From Eledone cirrhosa (taxonomy: Eukaryota), in assembly GCA_964016885.1 (NCBI GenBank), contig OZ024743.1, positions 361,522,001-361,586,000 on the forward strand: a stretch of 64,000 nt of DNA, written 5' to 3'. The notes beneath the pieces were generated by a model that saw only the letters and a list, made by a program, of their open reading frames with translations, had not been told where the DNA came from and ran no database searches. Below are positions 28,402 through 41,351 of this stretch, piece after piece. Position 1 is the stretch's first letter; every line of letters begins with the position of its first letter. Both the position numbers and the translations under genes were made by a program.

Positions 28402-28440
<39 letters not shown>

Positions 28441-29242
28441 ATGTGTATATATGTATGTGTATGTATATGTATATGTATATGTATTAATTTTGATTTCTAT
28501 TTGCATATAATTATATTCTGCTATTGATAAAATACAATATCTGTTTAATTTATTATATACCTAATTAACATATACTATAGAAATAAATATATAATTTTTA
28601 ATTTAATTAACCTATATTTTATATTCTACTACCGATGTAATACTTTATTTGTTTTTTCCCTATTACTAAATTCATTTCCTAATATTGATACCATAAAGTT
28701 ATTAACTTTAATTTAGTTATACTATAATTAATACTCTACTACTATTTAACTTCAAAATTCTGCTTCAAATATTATAAACCTAACTAATTTACACCTTAGA
28801 AATCAATATGTTAACTATCTTTAGTTTAGTTAACATATAATTAATGGTATACTTATTTATTTTGAATTGCATAAATTTTGCCTTATTCCTTGTTTATTAT
28901 ATTTCCTAACACTGATACTATTTATAAACATACATTGGATCTAGATACAGATAATATTCTATGTTTCTTGAAACATATATTTACTATAATCCCCTTCTCC
29001 AACCCCCCCCCCTTTCCCCCATACTATTATCATCTGTGTTTGTAAGCGTGTATGTATGAATATATATGTAGGTAGGTGTATATATATTTGGGTATTTATA
29101 TCTGAATGTAAAAATACATATATGCGCATGCAAATAAGAATGTATGATTGTGTGTATATATATATATATGTGTGTATGTATGTGTATGTGTGTGTATATA
29201 TGCATGTGTGTATATGTATGTGTATGTGTATGTCTGTATGTG

Positions 29243-29301
<59 letters not shown>

Positions 29302-30264
29302 GTATATGTATATATATATATGTGTGTGTATGTATGTATGTATATGTGTGTGTGTGTATATATATGTATGTCTCTCTATTTATATGTATATCTTCGTATC
29401 TATGTGGATATATGTGTGTGTGTGCATGTATACACATATATGTGTTTATGTGCATATGTGTGTATGTATATATATGTGTGTATGCACACACATGTATATG
29501 TGAATGTGTATATGTGTGTGTGTGTATATGTATGTGTATATATGTATGTATATATATCTATGTGTGTTTATATGTCTATATTCATATGTATGTGTGTGTA
29601 TATATATATATATGTATATGTATATATGTATATATATATATATATGTATGTGTATATATATATATATTATTTATTATTATAATATAACTTATGTGTAAGT
29701 GTATATGTGAGGGTGTGTATATGTATATATATGTGTATATATATGTGTAAAAAAATATATATGTGTGCATGTCTGTCTTTTATGTGTGTGTATATATATA
29801 TATATGTGTATATATTTATATATGTGGGTGTTTGTATGTGTATTTATGGTTGTATGTGTGTGTGGGTATATGTATATAAGTGTGTGTGTGTACACACATA
29901 TATATATATATATATATATATGTGTATATATATCTCTATTGATGCGTGTATATATGTATATGTATATGCCTTTTTCTTTGTATATCTGAATTGGATGAGG
30001 GTGTAGTGGTGTTTCTATGTATATACGCATATATGGATGCGTTTGTATTGGTATATATGAGTATATGTAAGTGCGTATGTATGTATGTTTATATATCTAA
30101 TTCTATGTATGAGTATATATGTGTGTATGTATGTTGTGTGTGTATGTATGTATATGTCTATGTGTGTATATATATATGTGTGTATGTATGTGTATGTATC
30201 TATGTATATGTATGTATGTACATATATGTCTTTGTATGTGTGTATGTATGTGTATGTATGTATA

Positions 30265-30329
<65 letters not shown>

Positions 30330-30897
30330 TTATTTTTTTTATATATATGTGTGTGTGTGTATGTGTGTGTGTGTGTGTATATATATCTTTGTATATGTGT
30401 ATGTGTATGTTCGTGTAGGTGTATGTGTGTGTATGACTATATATGTATGTGTATGTGTGTATGTGTGTGTATATATATCTATGTGTGTGTACATGTATGT
30501 ATGTGTTTATATGTGTATGTGTGTATGTGTATATGTATATGTATGTATATATATATATATATGTATGTATATATATGTGTATATATATATATATATATAT
30601 GTATATGTTTCTCTATTTGTATATGTATATGTGTATGGGTATATACCTTTTTCTTTGTATGTCTGAGTTGTGTGAGAGTGTAGTGGTGTTTGTATGTATA
30701 TACCGATATATAGATGCGTAAGTATTTGTCTCTATGTATGTATATATGTCTGTATGTATTTGTGTGTATATATAGGTATGTATGTGTATATCTGTATGTA
30801 TATATGTATGTAAGTGTAGGTATATGTGTATGTATGTGTGTATATATATGTGTGTCTATATAGTATGTGTGATTATATGCCTATGTATGAGTGTATG

Positions 30898-30968
<71 letters not shown>

Positions 30969-31183
30969 GTGTATTTATATGTATGTGTGTATTTGTATCT
31001 ATGTGTGTATATGTATATGTTTATATATGTGTGTGTATGTTATGTTCTAAGTGTGGATGTGTGTATATGTATGTATGTGTTTGTATATGTGTATGTGTAT
31101 ATGTATATGTGTGTGTGTGTGTGTATGTATGTGTATGTATATGTATATGTATGTATATATATATATAGATATATATATGTGGA

Positions 31184-31214
<31 letters not shown>

Positions 31215-31857
31215 TTTCTTGATATATTTCTTTTTTCTTTTTTCTTTTTTCTTTTTCTTTTCTTTCCTTTTTAATGTTTATTTATTATTTATTATTATTT
31301 TTTATTTTCTTAGTTTATAGATACATCTATATTAAGCAGGCAGCCCAAACCATTGAATACTGACCTCTCCCCCCCCCTCCCACCTAATTTCTGTATCTTT
31401 ATCTAAATGTGTGTGCCAGTGTTTACGTGAGTGAATTAATATCCATGTGCTTAGGATTTTATATCCACATATATATATGTGAGTGGTGGTGTGTGTGTGT
31501 TTGTATGTTTGTAGTTTATGTGTATGTTTATGCATATACGCGCGTGTATGTGTGATTGTACGGATATGTGTTAGTATGAAAATATGTGTATACACTTATT
31601 TCATATTTATGTATCTATACGCATCTTATCTGTGCATTATAAACTTACAGAGACATTAACCTTGAAATTTTGTATTTGCATCCATCCTTTTTGTATGAGT
31701 ATACAGGTTGTGCATACATTTTTGTAAAATATGTGTAAGGGTTATTACATGTATATACACACACCGAACGGCATTAAACCTTTTGTATTTTCATTGGTCA
31801 ATTTTGTTCCCAAACGGACCTGAAAGTTTGAATTGTTGTTATTATCAATAAATATAT

Positions 31858-32011
31858 TTCATTATTTCTGAAGACGGCGTATATATGTGTTGGTATGTAT
31901 ATTTAATCTTGATAGTTTGTATAATTTTGTATAATTTTGTACATAGATCTGTTGAATATGCATGCCAACTCTAACACATATATATCCTAGAAACGATCGT
32001 TAAATAATGAA
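31858..32011 (+). ncRNA. Type I hammerhead ribozyme with about 115 nt stem II
   Basis: TTCATTATTT-CTGAAGA-..TATATATGTGTTGG...CTAACACATATATA..-GAA-ACGATCGT-T-AAATAATGAA. It has a 10 bp stem I, a palindromic stem III and a GUU triplet. Confidence 0.82.
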
Positions 32012-32196
32012 CTTTTTTTGTTTAATATAAGGAATTGTTTATTCATTATTTGTTTAATATTTTATCTTGACTCTGTATACCGTTTATCTTTCACCGAAAG
32101 TGATTTTTCATTACATTTCTTCTTTCCATGATATCCGGAATACATTGAGTTCTTCATACGGATTGGACACTACCGTAAACTCTTGGTAGATTTATC

Positions 32197-32535
<339 letters not shown>

Positions 32536-34161
32536 CATATATATATATATATATAACGAAGGAAATGTGGTAAGGAACCAGGTGGACCATAACGCACCAA
32601 AGTACTCAATACTTGAGGTAGTAGAGTGGGTAATAGGAACCAGTAAGACCCCGACAGCTGAGCTCAAGCCGTTTCGACGGCTAATTCTGGACTAAATGAA
32701 CATTTATCCTGGTATTTAAATAGCCGATCTTCTCAAGGGGTAATTCCATATATGGTCAAAGTGATTGTCAAAAATCAGTAGTAATTCTGTGGTTGCAAAT
32801 TAGTAGGGGAGATGGTGGCTAAACCTGCCAGTAGGAGAAAGAGGGGAGGGGGTGGAGTAGACCCAATCAAGCGTTGGTAGTGCCAGCTACAGCTGGGCAT
32901 GAGGTCAAAGAAGATACAGGGGAGGGGGAGGGGGAGGAAGTCGGAACGGTAGGTAGAACAATGGGGGGTAGAAATAGGAAAGAAAAAATACTGAGAGTGA
33001 AGGAAAGCAAATAAGTGTAAAGAAAAAATTAAATTCTACGACCTAGGTGTCAGGCTATTGTTAGGCGAGAATAAAATAAAGAAAGAAAGAAAGAAGTAAA
33101 TAAATAAATAAATAAATAAATAAGGAAATAAGTATAGAACTAGGTGGGACGAATTAGGCAAGGACCCTTTTAAGAGGTATAAGTACGTAAATGATACGGT
33201 GACTGGTCAACAAAAGGGGCCAAAATACTAAAGAGACTACCACGAAATAAACAATAAAGGTTTCCATCCCGGGCCAGCAACGACCCAGTGCAGCAAAGTG
33301 AACTTGTACGACATAATAATTCTGAGTCCCGAGAAAAATATATACTAATGCTAACTCTAAAAGATCTAAAACAAGCTACATGAAAGTTCGTACGAAATAA
33401 AGGTAGAATACGGAGAAATAAGTTCAGAATCCACCCCGCCCAGAAGAAAAGCGAAGCAAGAAATACTGAAACGAAAAAAATAAGGCATAAGTGCCACTAA
33501 GAAATATAGAGGGCACAGAGAATAGTGGGAGCGGTCGGAAAAGGGGGGCAAGTATCCGGGGTCTAAGCCAACTGCTATAAAGGGCGGAGTCCGCCAAATC
33601 TATCAAAGACTAGGGGAGGGGGGAGTGGGGGTACTAAGGCTACATGGGGCCAAAGGGCAGCCTCGGGTGGGCGAGAAAAGACGCCGACAAAGGAGAAGAG
33701 CTGGGGTAGAAGGACAAAGGAGAGAGGGGGGAAGGAAATAAAGGATGCGATAAATGAATACAAAGAAGATCTTACGTCTTCCTTGGCAAGCAGGGGTTAC
33801 CCATTGCAAAATCGGCAACTGGGGTGTTATAGCCCTAGTCTACCCCCCCGGGTCATTATGGGGTTTGAGGGCGAGGTAAGTCCTACGCAATCTATGTTTA
33901 CATGCAGTAACCAGTTCATCTTTCTTGTTTAGGAGTTGGTCCGTCGAAAACAGCATTTGTAAAGTTTCCTCCGAGCATAAATTGCACGGACGGCGTCCTC
34001 CCGTGTAAGAATTGGCTCTGGACAGTAATCTCCAAGTGAGATCATAGGTGATGTTGTTGTCCTTGAGGTCCCATATGTGGCCCGAAAGTGTAGTGGCGTG
34101 ACGCCGGGCCGGGTTTCGGAAGGTATGTCTATGTTGGTATAGCCGGGTCTTCTATCTTCCG

Positions 34162-34590
34162 GATAGATCTATTTGCCCACTCGACAATAGATGCAGAGAC
34201 CGTAATGTGATCTACCAGTGCAACGTGAGGACGGATACCTCCAACAAAGCCTATATAGGACTTACCGCATGTGACTTCAAGACCCGGCTATACCAACATA
34301 GACATACCTTCCGAAACCCGGCCCGGCGTCACGCCACTACACTTTCGGGCCACATATGGGACCTCAAGGACAACAACATCACCTATGATCTCACTTGGAG
34401 ATTACTGTCCAGAGCCAATTCTTACACGGGAGGACGCCGTCCGTGCAATTTATGCTCGGAGGAAACTTTACAAATGCTGTTTTCGACGGACCAACTCCTA
34501 AACAAGAAAGATGAACTGGTTACTGCATGTAAACATAGATTGCGTAGGACTTACCTCGCCCTCAAACCCCATAATGACCCGGGGGGGTAG
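34162..34590 (+). pseudogene. GIY-YIG endonuclease domain of a 5'-truncated PLE
   Basis: DRSICPLDNRCRDRNVIYQCNV..AYIGLT..FKTRLYQH..CNLCSEE..LLNKKDEL. The RT is absent. Confidence 0.88.
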
Positions 34591-35688
34591 ACTAGGGCTA
34601 TAACACCCCAGTTGCCGATTTTGCAATGGGTAACCCCTGCTTGCCAAGGAAGACGTAAGATCTTCTTTGTATTCATTTATCGCATCCTTTATTTCCTTCC
34701 CCCCTCTCTCCTTTGTCCTTCTACCCCAGCTCTTCTCCTTTGTCGGCGTCTTTTCTCGCCCACCCGAGGCTGCCCTTTGGCCCCATGTAGCCTTAGTACC
34801 CCCACTCCCCCCTCCCCTAGTCTTTGATAGATTTGGCGGACTCCGCCCTTTATAGCAGTTGGCTTAGACCCCGGATACTTGCCCCCCTTTTCCGACCGCT
34901 CCCACTATTCTCTGTGCCCTCTATATTTCTTAGTGGCACTTATGCCTTATTTTTTTCGTTTCAGTATTTCTTGCTTCGCTTTTCTTCTGGGCGGGGTGGA
35001 TTCTGAACTTATTTCTCCGTATTCTACCTTTATTTCGTACGAACTTTCATGTAGCTTGTTTTAGATCTTTTAGAGTTAGCATTAGTATATATTTTTCTCG
35101 GGACTCAGAATTATTATGTCGTACAAGTTCACTTTGCTGCACTGGGTCGTTGCTGGCCCGGGATGGAAACCTTTATTGTTTATTTCGTGGTAGTCTCTTT
35201 AGTATTTTGGCCCCTTTTGTTGACCAGTCACCGTATCATTTACGTACTTATACCTCTTAAAAGGGTCCTTGCCTAATTCGTCCCACCTAGTTCTATACTT
35301 ATTTCCTTATTTATTTATTTATTTATTTATTTACTTCTTTCTTTCTTTCTTTATTTTATTCTCGCCTAACAATAGCCTGACACCTAGGTCGTAGAATTTA
35401 ATTTTTTCTTTACACTTATTTGCTTTCCTTCACTCTCAGTATTTTTTCTTTCCTATTTCTACCCCCCATTGTTCTACCTACCGTTCCGACTTCCTCCCCC
35501 TCCCCCTCCCCTGTATCTTCTTTGACCTCATGCCCAGCTGTAGCTGGCACTACCAACGCTTGATTGGGTCTACTCCACCCCCTCCCCTCTTTCTCCTACT
35601 GGCAGGTTTAGCCACCATCTCCCCTACTAATTTGCAACCACAGAATTACTACTGATTTTTGACAATCACTTTGACCATATATGGAATT

Positions 35689-35782
35689 ACCCCTTGAGAA
35701 GATCGGCTATTTAAATACCAGGATAAATGTTCATTTAGTCCAGAATTAGCCGTCGAAACGGCTTGAGCTCAGCTGTCGGGGT
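35689..35782 (+). ncRNA. Type I hammerhead ribozyme, U3-A8 variant (mirror copy at about 32648-32741 on minus)
   Basis: ACCCC-TTGAGAA-GATCGGCTA...TAGCCGTC-GAA-ACGGC-TTGAGCTCA-GCTGT-C-GGGGT. All three stems pair, with GUC cleavage after 35777. Confidence 0.85.
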
Positions 35783-35792
35783 CTTACTGGTT

Positions 35793-35852
<60 letters not shown>

Positions 35853-36262
35853 ATATATACATATATATATATATATGCCCAGACAGAGATAGAGGGAGAG
35901 AGAGGGACAGGACAGGTAAAAAAAGAAGACTGCGATGCTTAGTGATTTCGGCCTGTATTGAGTATTGCACCTGAGGTTAGAGAACCGGTTTGGAATCATT
36001 ACTCCATTATACAGTTGTGGCCATAATGGGACCCCAAAACCTCAGTTCATGCATATATTTTAAGTGTATGAACTTTAATATATTTTAAATAAGGTCCATA
36101 GTACTATATTAAGCATTCTTTTCATTTTCCTTTTACCTACTGATATCCTACATACACACACCAACCCTATATATATATACGTGGTGTGTGTATGTGTGCG
36201 TATGTTAGTGTGTCTGTGTGTGTGAAGAGAGAGAGAGATGTATGTATGTATGTATCTATCTA

Positions 36263-36329
<67 letters not shown>

Positions 36330-36335
36330 GTATAC

Positions 36336-36384
<49 letters not shown>

Positions 36385-36387
<3 letters not shown>

Positions 36388-36449
36388 CCCACTCTACTAC
36401 CTCAAGTATTGCGTTATGGTCCACCTGGTTCCTTACCACATTTCCTTCG

Positions 36450-36451
<2 letters not shown>
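36385..36451 (+). mobile_element. Solo tail of the 32555-35797 family between (TA)n tracts
   Basis: Reverse complement of 32555-32632 with a deletion of about 12 bp. Confidence 0.85.
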
Positions 36452-36481
<30 letters not shown>

Positions 36482-36485
<4 letters not shown>

Positions 36486-38611
36486 AAATAACAGGAGGCC
36501 GGACTTGTGTAAATCATTGAAAGTTTTATTATACTATGATCATTTCAATGACCGGGTTCCGTATGAATCCGGTGATATCATCAGGTATTCGAAATATAAT
36601 AAATGAATGTAACAGATAAAAACCATGGGGCTGAAAATCATAGACCCGAGGACGACCGACCATCTAGCATCTTCCACTTTAGCCGGTCGACCGCAAGTCT
36701 ACTTAAGGCTATCTGATGAGGGGGCGAAAGCTTATAATGTGCTACTAACCTCCCGGTCAAAGAGAAGAAAAGAAAAAAAGTCAGAAAGAAAGAAGAAAAG
36801 TCAGCGTTAATGTCACGCTACAATCAGGCTAGGAATTGCCGCGAAAAATGTTATTCTAAAGAACCTATATCTTAACAGAGGTATATATTATAACAGAGGT
36901 ATATATAGTGGGCGTCTGCATGGTATAATGAGTGAACAGAAAATTGGAACGTTCATTTTTTGTTTAGATTTATAGGATGAAAATAAAAATAAAAAATTAA
37001 ATTAAAGATTGAATTATAAAATTTAAAAAAAATTAGGAAATTAAAAATTAAACGTTTAATAAAAATTTAAGGTTTGGGTTGCGAGATTTAGTTAAAAAAT
37101 TTACAGAGAGAGTCGTTTATGAAAAGACTTTAAGTTTATTATTAGAGATCCTCGATTAGTTTTCAGGGTGGGATATAGAGTAAAGGTTAAGTCCTTGTTT
37201 AGCAGTCAAACAGCACGCGACGACTGCAGACTCCGGCCGGCCCATCCTAACTACGTGTCAGCCATTCCGAGTGCAATCGTCTAGCGAAAGATATGGAAAT
37301 CAATTTTTCCGAGCACTCGAGGAATGTAAATGTTCTAGGCTTCGGATGTGCTAGTGGGAAGTCAGCCATTGTCGTTAGGCCATCTTTATACCAAACGAGT
37401 ACTATTAATTTACACAGGAGGGGGATTTGTTTAAGTGCCAGTAGACGGTGGCATGATACAGCTAATAGTTATGATCAGGCCTAGAATTTAACGGTACTAT
37501 ATGGCGGTCAAAAATGGCGGCGCCGCGGGCCCTGGGGGGAAGTAAGTCGCTCCGAGTAATTTCCATTACCGAAAGAAGGGGAAATTTATTTTTCCAAGCA
37601 CTCAAGGGAGGCTTATGCACCAGAGCGCCGGGCGCGCAGCCAGGAAAACCACTACACCTGTCGGATCATCGCGTGTAATCAATTATAAAACCCGATGAAA
37701 AGCGCAAATAGACTATATCTAGGTCCCGTGATAGTCCGGGTTATAAGTATTGTGGTTCTCAGGGGGAGATATTCTAGTGTCGTGTGCTAATGAGTACAAT
37801 GATAAGTACTTAATGAGAGTAAAGCGAGTAAAAACCTAAATAAAAGGAACAGTAAGCAAAAAACAAAAAATACATAGATAAATAAAGGCAGAATACGAAG
37901 ATAAAAACACATTAATAAAGTAAAAAGGTAGAAATAAATAAACAAATAAATAAATAAATAAAGCGCCGTCATAGCTAGGGTGGTGGTGGAGTAAAACGGA
38001 AGTATATAAGAACATATCGGAGAAATCAAAACACAGAGGAAATACAATATAGATCAAATTTGCAGTTAGATAATGCATATAGATACGGAATCAGTGTGTG
38101 TTCGAGTCTCAGAATTGAGTGTGAATTCCAAAGGCCATGAAGTATAGGGTAGAGAATTCAGTCAATACAGTACAGTACAATACAGGTTATGTTATAATCC
38201 GTAGAATGTTGTCGAAGTCTGAATATTCCGAGAGGGTATTAGCATTGGGCCAGGTGGCGGTAGACAAAGCGCAGAGTAGCCAAAATCCGAATGGTGAGTA
38301 GATCAAGTCAGTCCCATGCCGCTGTTCATTATTACACCTGGAAGTGCTCAACATTTCAGGAGCATTATTTATTTAGGTTTGAAGGTTCACCACTGGATAG
38401 AGTTGGTCATTCCGTATGGTCAATCTTGATGTAATAATATGGAGAGTACTCAACGTAAAGCAGCGCAACCGTCTTCGTTTGTGTAGTTGGTGATGCGAGT
38501 ACGGAGTTAATTATTATAATAAAATAACAGGAGGATGGACTTGTGTAAATCCTTGAAAGGTTAATTATACTATGATCATTTCAATGACCGGGTACCGTAT
38601 GAATCTGGTCA
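36482..38611 (-). mobile_element. 2.1 kb non-coding element with HHR-bearing direct terminal repeats
   Basis: 36482-36573 is repeated at about 38518-38609. There is no credible ORF. The left end fuses with (TA)n. Confidence 0.75.
36531..36588 (-). ncRNA. Type I hammerhead ribozyme
   Basis: ATAC-CTGATGA-TATCACCGGATTC-ATAC-GGAACCCGGTCATT-GAA-ATGATCAT-A-GTAT. Confidence 0.8.
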
Positions 38612-38669
38612 TGTATGTGTGTGTATATATGTGTGTTTATTTATTTATATATATATATATAAACATATA

Positions 38670-38893
38670 TGTATGTAAAAGGTATACAGAAATAACAACA
38701 CAATCGGTACAGTATATGGAAGGTATATATAAGGTTAACGCTTGATATAGCAGGAAAAGGGTCTTAACTTTTCGGACGCTAGTCTTTCATCAGAAGAAAG
38801 AATGATAAATAAGATAGATTGAGGGGACGGGCGGGATGAAATTGGAAAAAATGTCTTTAGATAAAAATAACAAGTCCATTCATGTTGACATCT
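38670..38893 (-). mobile_element. Solo pLTR with minimal hammerhead (second copy of 32311-32535)
   Basis: The minus strand reads TCTTCTGATGAAAGACTAGCGTCCGAAAAGTTAAGA. Confidence 0.75.
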
Positions 38894-38935
38894 CTCACAC
38901 ACAGACACACATACACACACACACGAACACACACA

Positions 38936-39046
<111 letters not shown>

Positions 39047-39622
39047 AGGAGGTTATAGTTCACTTGAAGCATTGTGTAATGAGGTATAAACGTTAGAATA
39101 TGTGTAATAAGGCCAAGACAATGCAGATATGGACATAGAAAAAAGAATGCAATAGTGAAAGATATTGATGAGAATTCGTCTTTCACCTTGAATTTATTTA
39201 AATGTCCTTAATTTTCGAGATAATATCTCTTCTTCGGAGGGAAGTAAAAGTCTCAGACCAGCGTCTAAATTTCCAATGAAGCCATGCTGACCGGAAATAG
39301 TATAGAGTTCTAACTTTAATATCAAAGAATTAAAATTAGGTGGGTAAAGAGTAGTCTCCCTTTAAGAGGGGTTTGTTTATGTTTTTGTTGTGTTTTTTAA
39401 AATTTTATATGCGTGCCTGTATATGTGTGTGGGAGAAAGCATGAAGGTGTAGGTATGTGGGTGTGTGTGTGTGAGTGTGGGAAGATAGGTCTAATCGTAA
39501 AAGTGGGGGGTAGGTGTTATCTGGTGTTAGAACTGGTTTTGTGTGTGTATGTGTGAGAGAGAATAAGTGGAGGTGTGCGCGTGCGTGTGTGTGGGGTGTG
39601 TAAAGTGGGGCTAGAGGCCCTA

Positions 39623-41351
39623 TCAGGTTATAAATTGGGTGTTGAGCTCTAGTCTATTATTGATTGGTGGATGTGTTCTATCTATAATGAGTGCTTCCTT
39701 GATTCTAAGATTGCCGAGGTTTCTTTCCTTAGTTTCTATCCTAACTGTTATGTTTTTATCAGTGTTTTTGCATTTAACTAGGTGTTTCTTAAATGAGGAA
39801 GCGTTAGTATTGAGGTGTTCTTTTATTCTTATGTGGAGTGGTCTGGTGGTGCTACCTACGTAGAAGTTGTTGCATTTGTCACACTCTAGTCTGTAAACTA
39901 CGTAAGCCTGGTGGCATAGGTCTGTGTCGTTGATGGGGCAGTTGGCTAGTCTGCAGCAGTTGTCATGTCTGGTGGAGTGTCTCTTAGCTAGCCGTCCACG
40001 CAAAGAAGGACCCGAATGGGCCAGTTGAATATCCAGACCTTCTCGTCTGATGGCTCTGCGGATGGCTGTTGTTGTTTCTTCACTGAAGTGTGGGAGCTTC
40101 AGGAAGCAAGTGTTAGTGCCTCGGGTGTGGTGTCCTCTGTTCTTTCTGGCACGGTTTGTGGTGGATGTCGTGTATCCGTTCAGTTTGAGTACTTCCAGGA
40201 AATGTGTGGTGTGTGTGTCTCGGTCTCTGGCGTCGGTGCATTTGTTCTTGATACGTGCCAGTTCGTTCTTTATGTATCCGAACTTGGCACCGAGTGGGAG
40301 GGCCGATCTGAAATGTACGAACAGGTCCCTGCTGGCGGCTTTTTTATAGAAGCAGGTGTGGATGTTTCCTTCCTCTGTTACCCTGAGTTGGAAGTCCAGC
40401 AGGGATAGGGATCCGCGGTCATCGGGGTGTTCTATGCTGAACTTTATACTGGCGTCCATGCTGGAGAATGTTGTGTATATTTTCTCTGCCTCCTCACGGG
40501 ATGATGTAAGGATGAGTATGTCATCTACATATCGGGTGAAGAAGGCATGGGAATGGCAGGTGTTGAGGGCTCGGCATTCTAGTTGGTTCATGTAAGTGAT
40601 GGCCAGCAGGCCAGAGAGGCTGGATCCCATGGGTAATCCTGTTGTCTGTCTGTATGTGTGGTGGTGGAAGGTGAAGTACGTGTTGTCGACTGTGAAGGAC
40701 AAAAGTTGGTGTATGTCCGTCGGGTGGAGGCCGTAGCAGTGGATGTTCTCTGCGACCACGCAGTCCGTCAATAAATCGACAGCTGGGTGAGCGGGGACTG
40801 TAGTGTAGAGGGAGACAACGTCGAGGCTAAAAGCGTATTTATTAAGTTTAAGTTGTTCTGGCTGGAGTTGGTGTAATCTACGTATAACTTCGTCGGAGCT
40901 ACTGACATGTCCGGGGAAGGTGGAGAGTAGAGGCTTGAGGACCTGGGAGAGAAGCCAGGAAATTTTGTGTAGGGGTCCTTCTATGCTAGAGACAATGGGT
41001 CTTATATGCGTCTTAGTGCTATTCTTGTGGGTCTTGATGAGGTGGTAGAAAGTGGGCAGTCTGCTATTTCTAGTGGTGTAGTTGAGTTTAATTTTATTCG
41101 GGAGTTGTCTTCTCCTACAGATATCGAACCAAATGGAGTTGGTCTGTTTTTCGATTTGGGCTGCGGTCATGTCCGGGATCACTGTGTACAGTTCACTGTC
41201 GCTTAGGTGTTCGAAGGCTAGGTTATTGTATGTGGCTTGAGAGATGACGCAGAACTCTTTACCTTTGTCGGATGGTAAGTAAATAAGTTCTTTATTCCGT
41301 AGGTTCTTCAGGGCGAGTTGTTGTGTCCTGGAGAGGTTAGGGGCCATCTTC
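39623..41351 (-). CDS. Inverted 5'-truncated copy of the PLE RT-GIY-YIG ORF
   Basis: The protein is identical to the plus copy from KMAPNLS onward. Confidence 0.85.

Larger units (their letters stand above)
32555..35797. mobile_element. 3.2 kb palindromic Naiad-type PLE insertion (3' fragment)
   Basis: Tail 32555-32632, arms 32633-34151 and 34279-35797. The spacer 34152-34278 belongs to the plus copy. (TA)n flanks. Confidence 0.9.
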
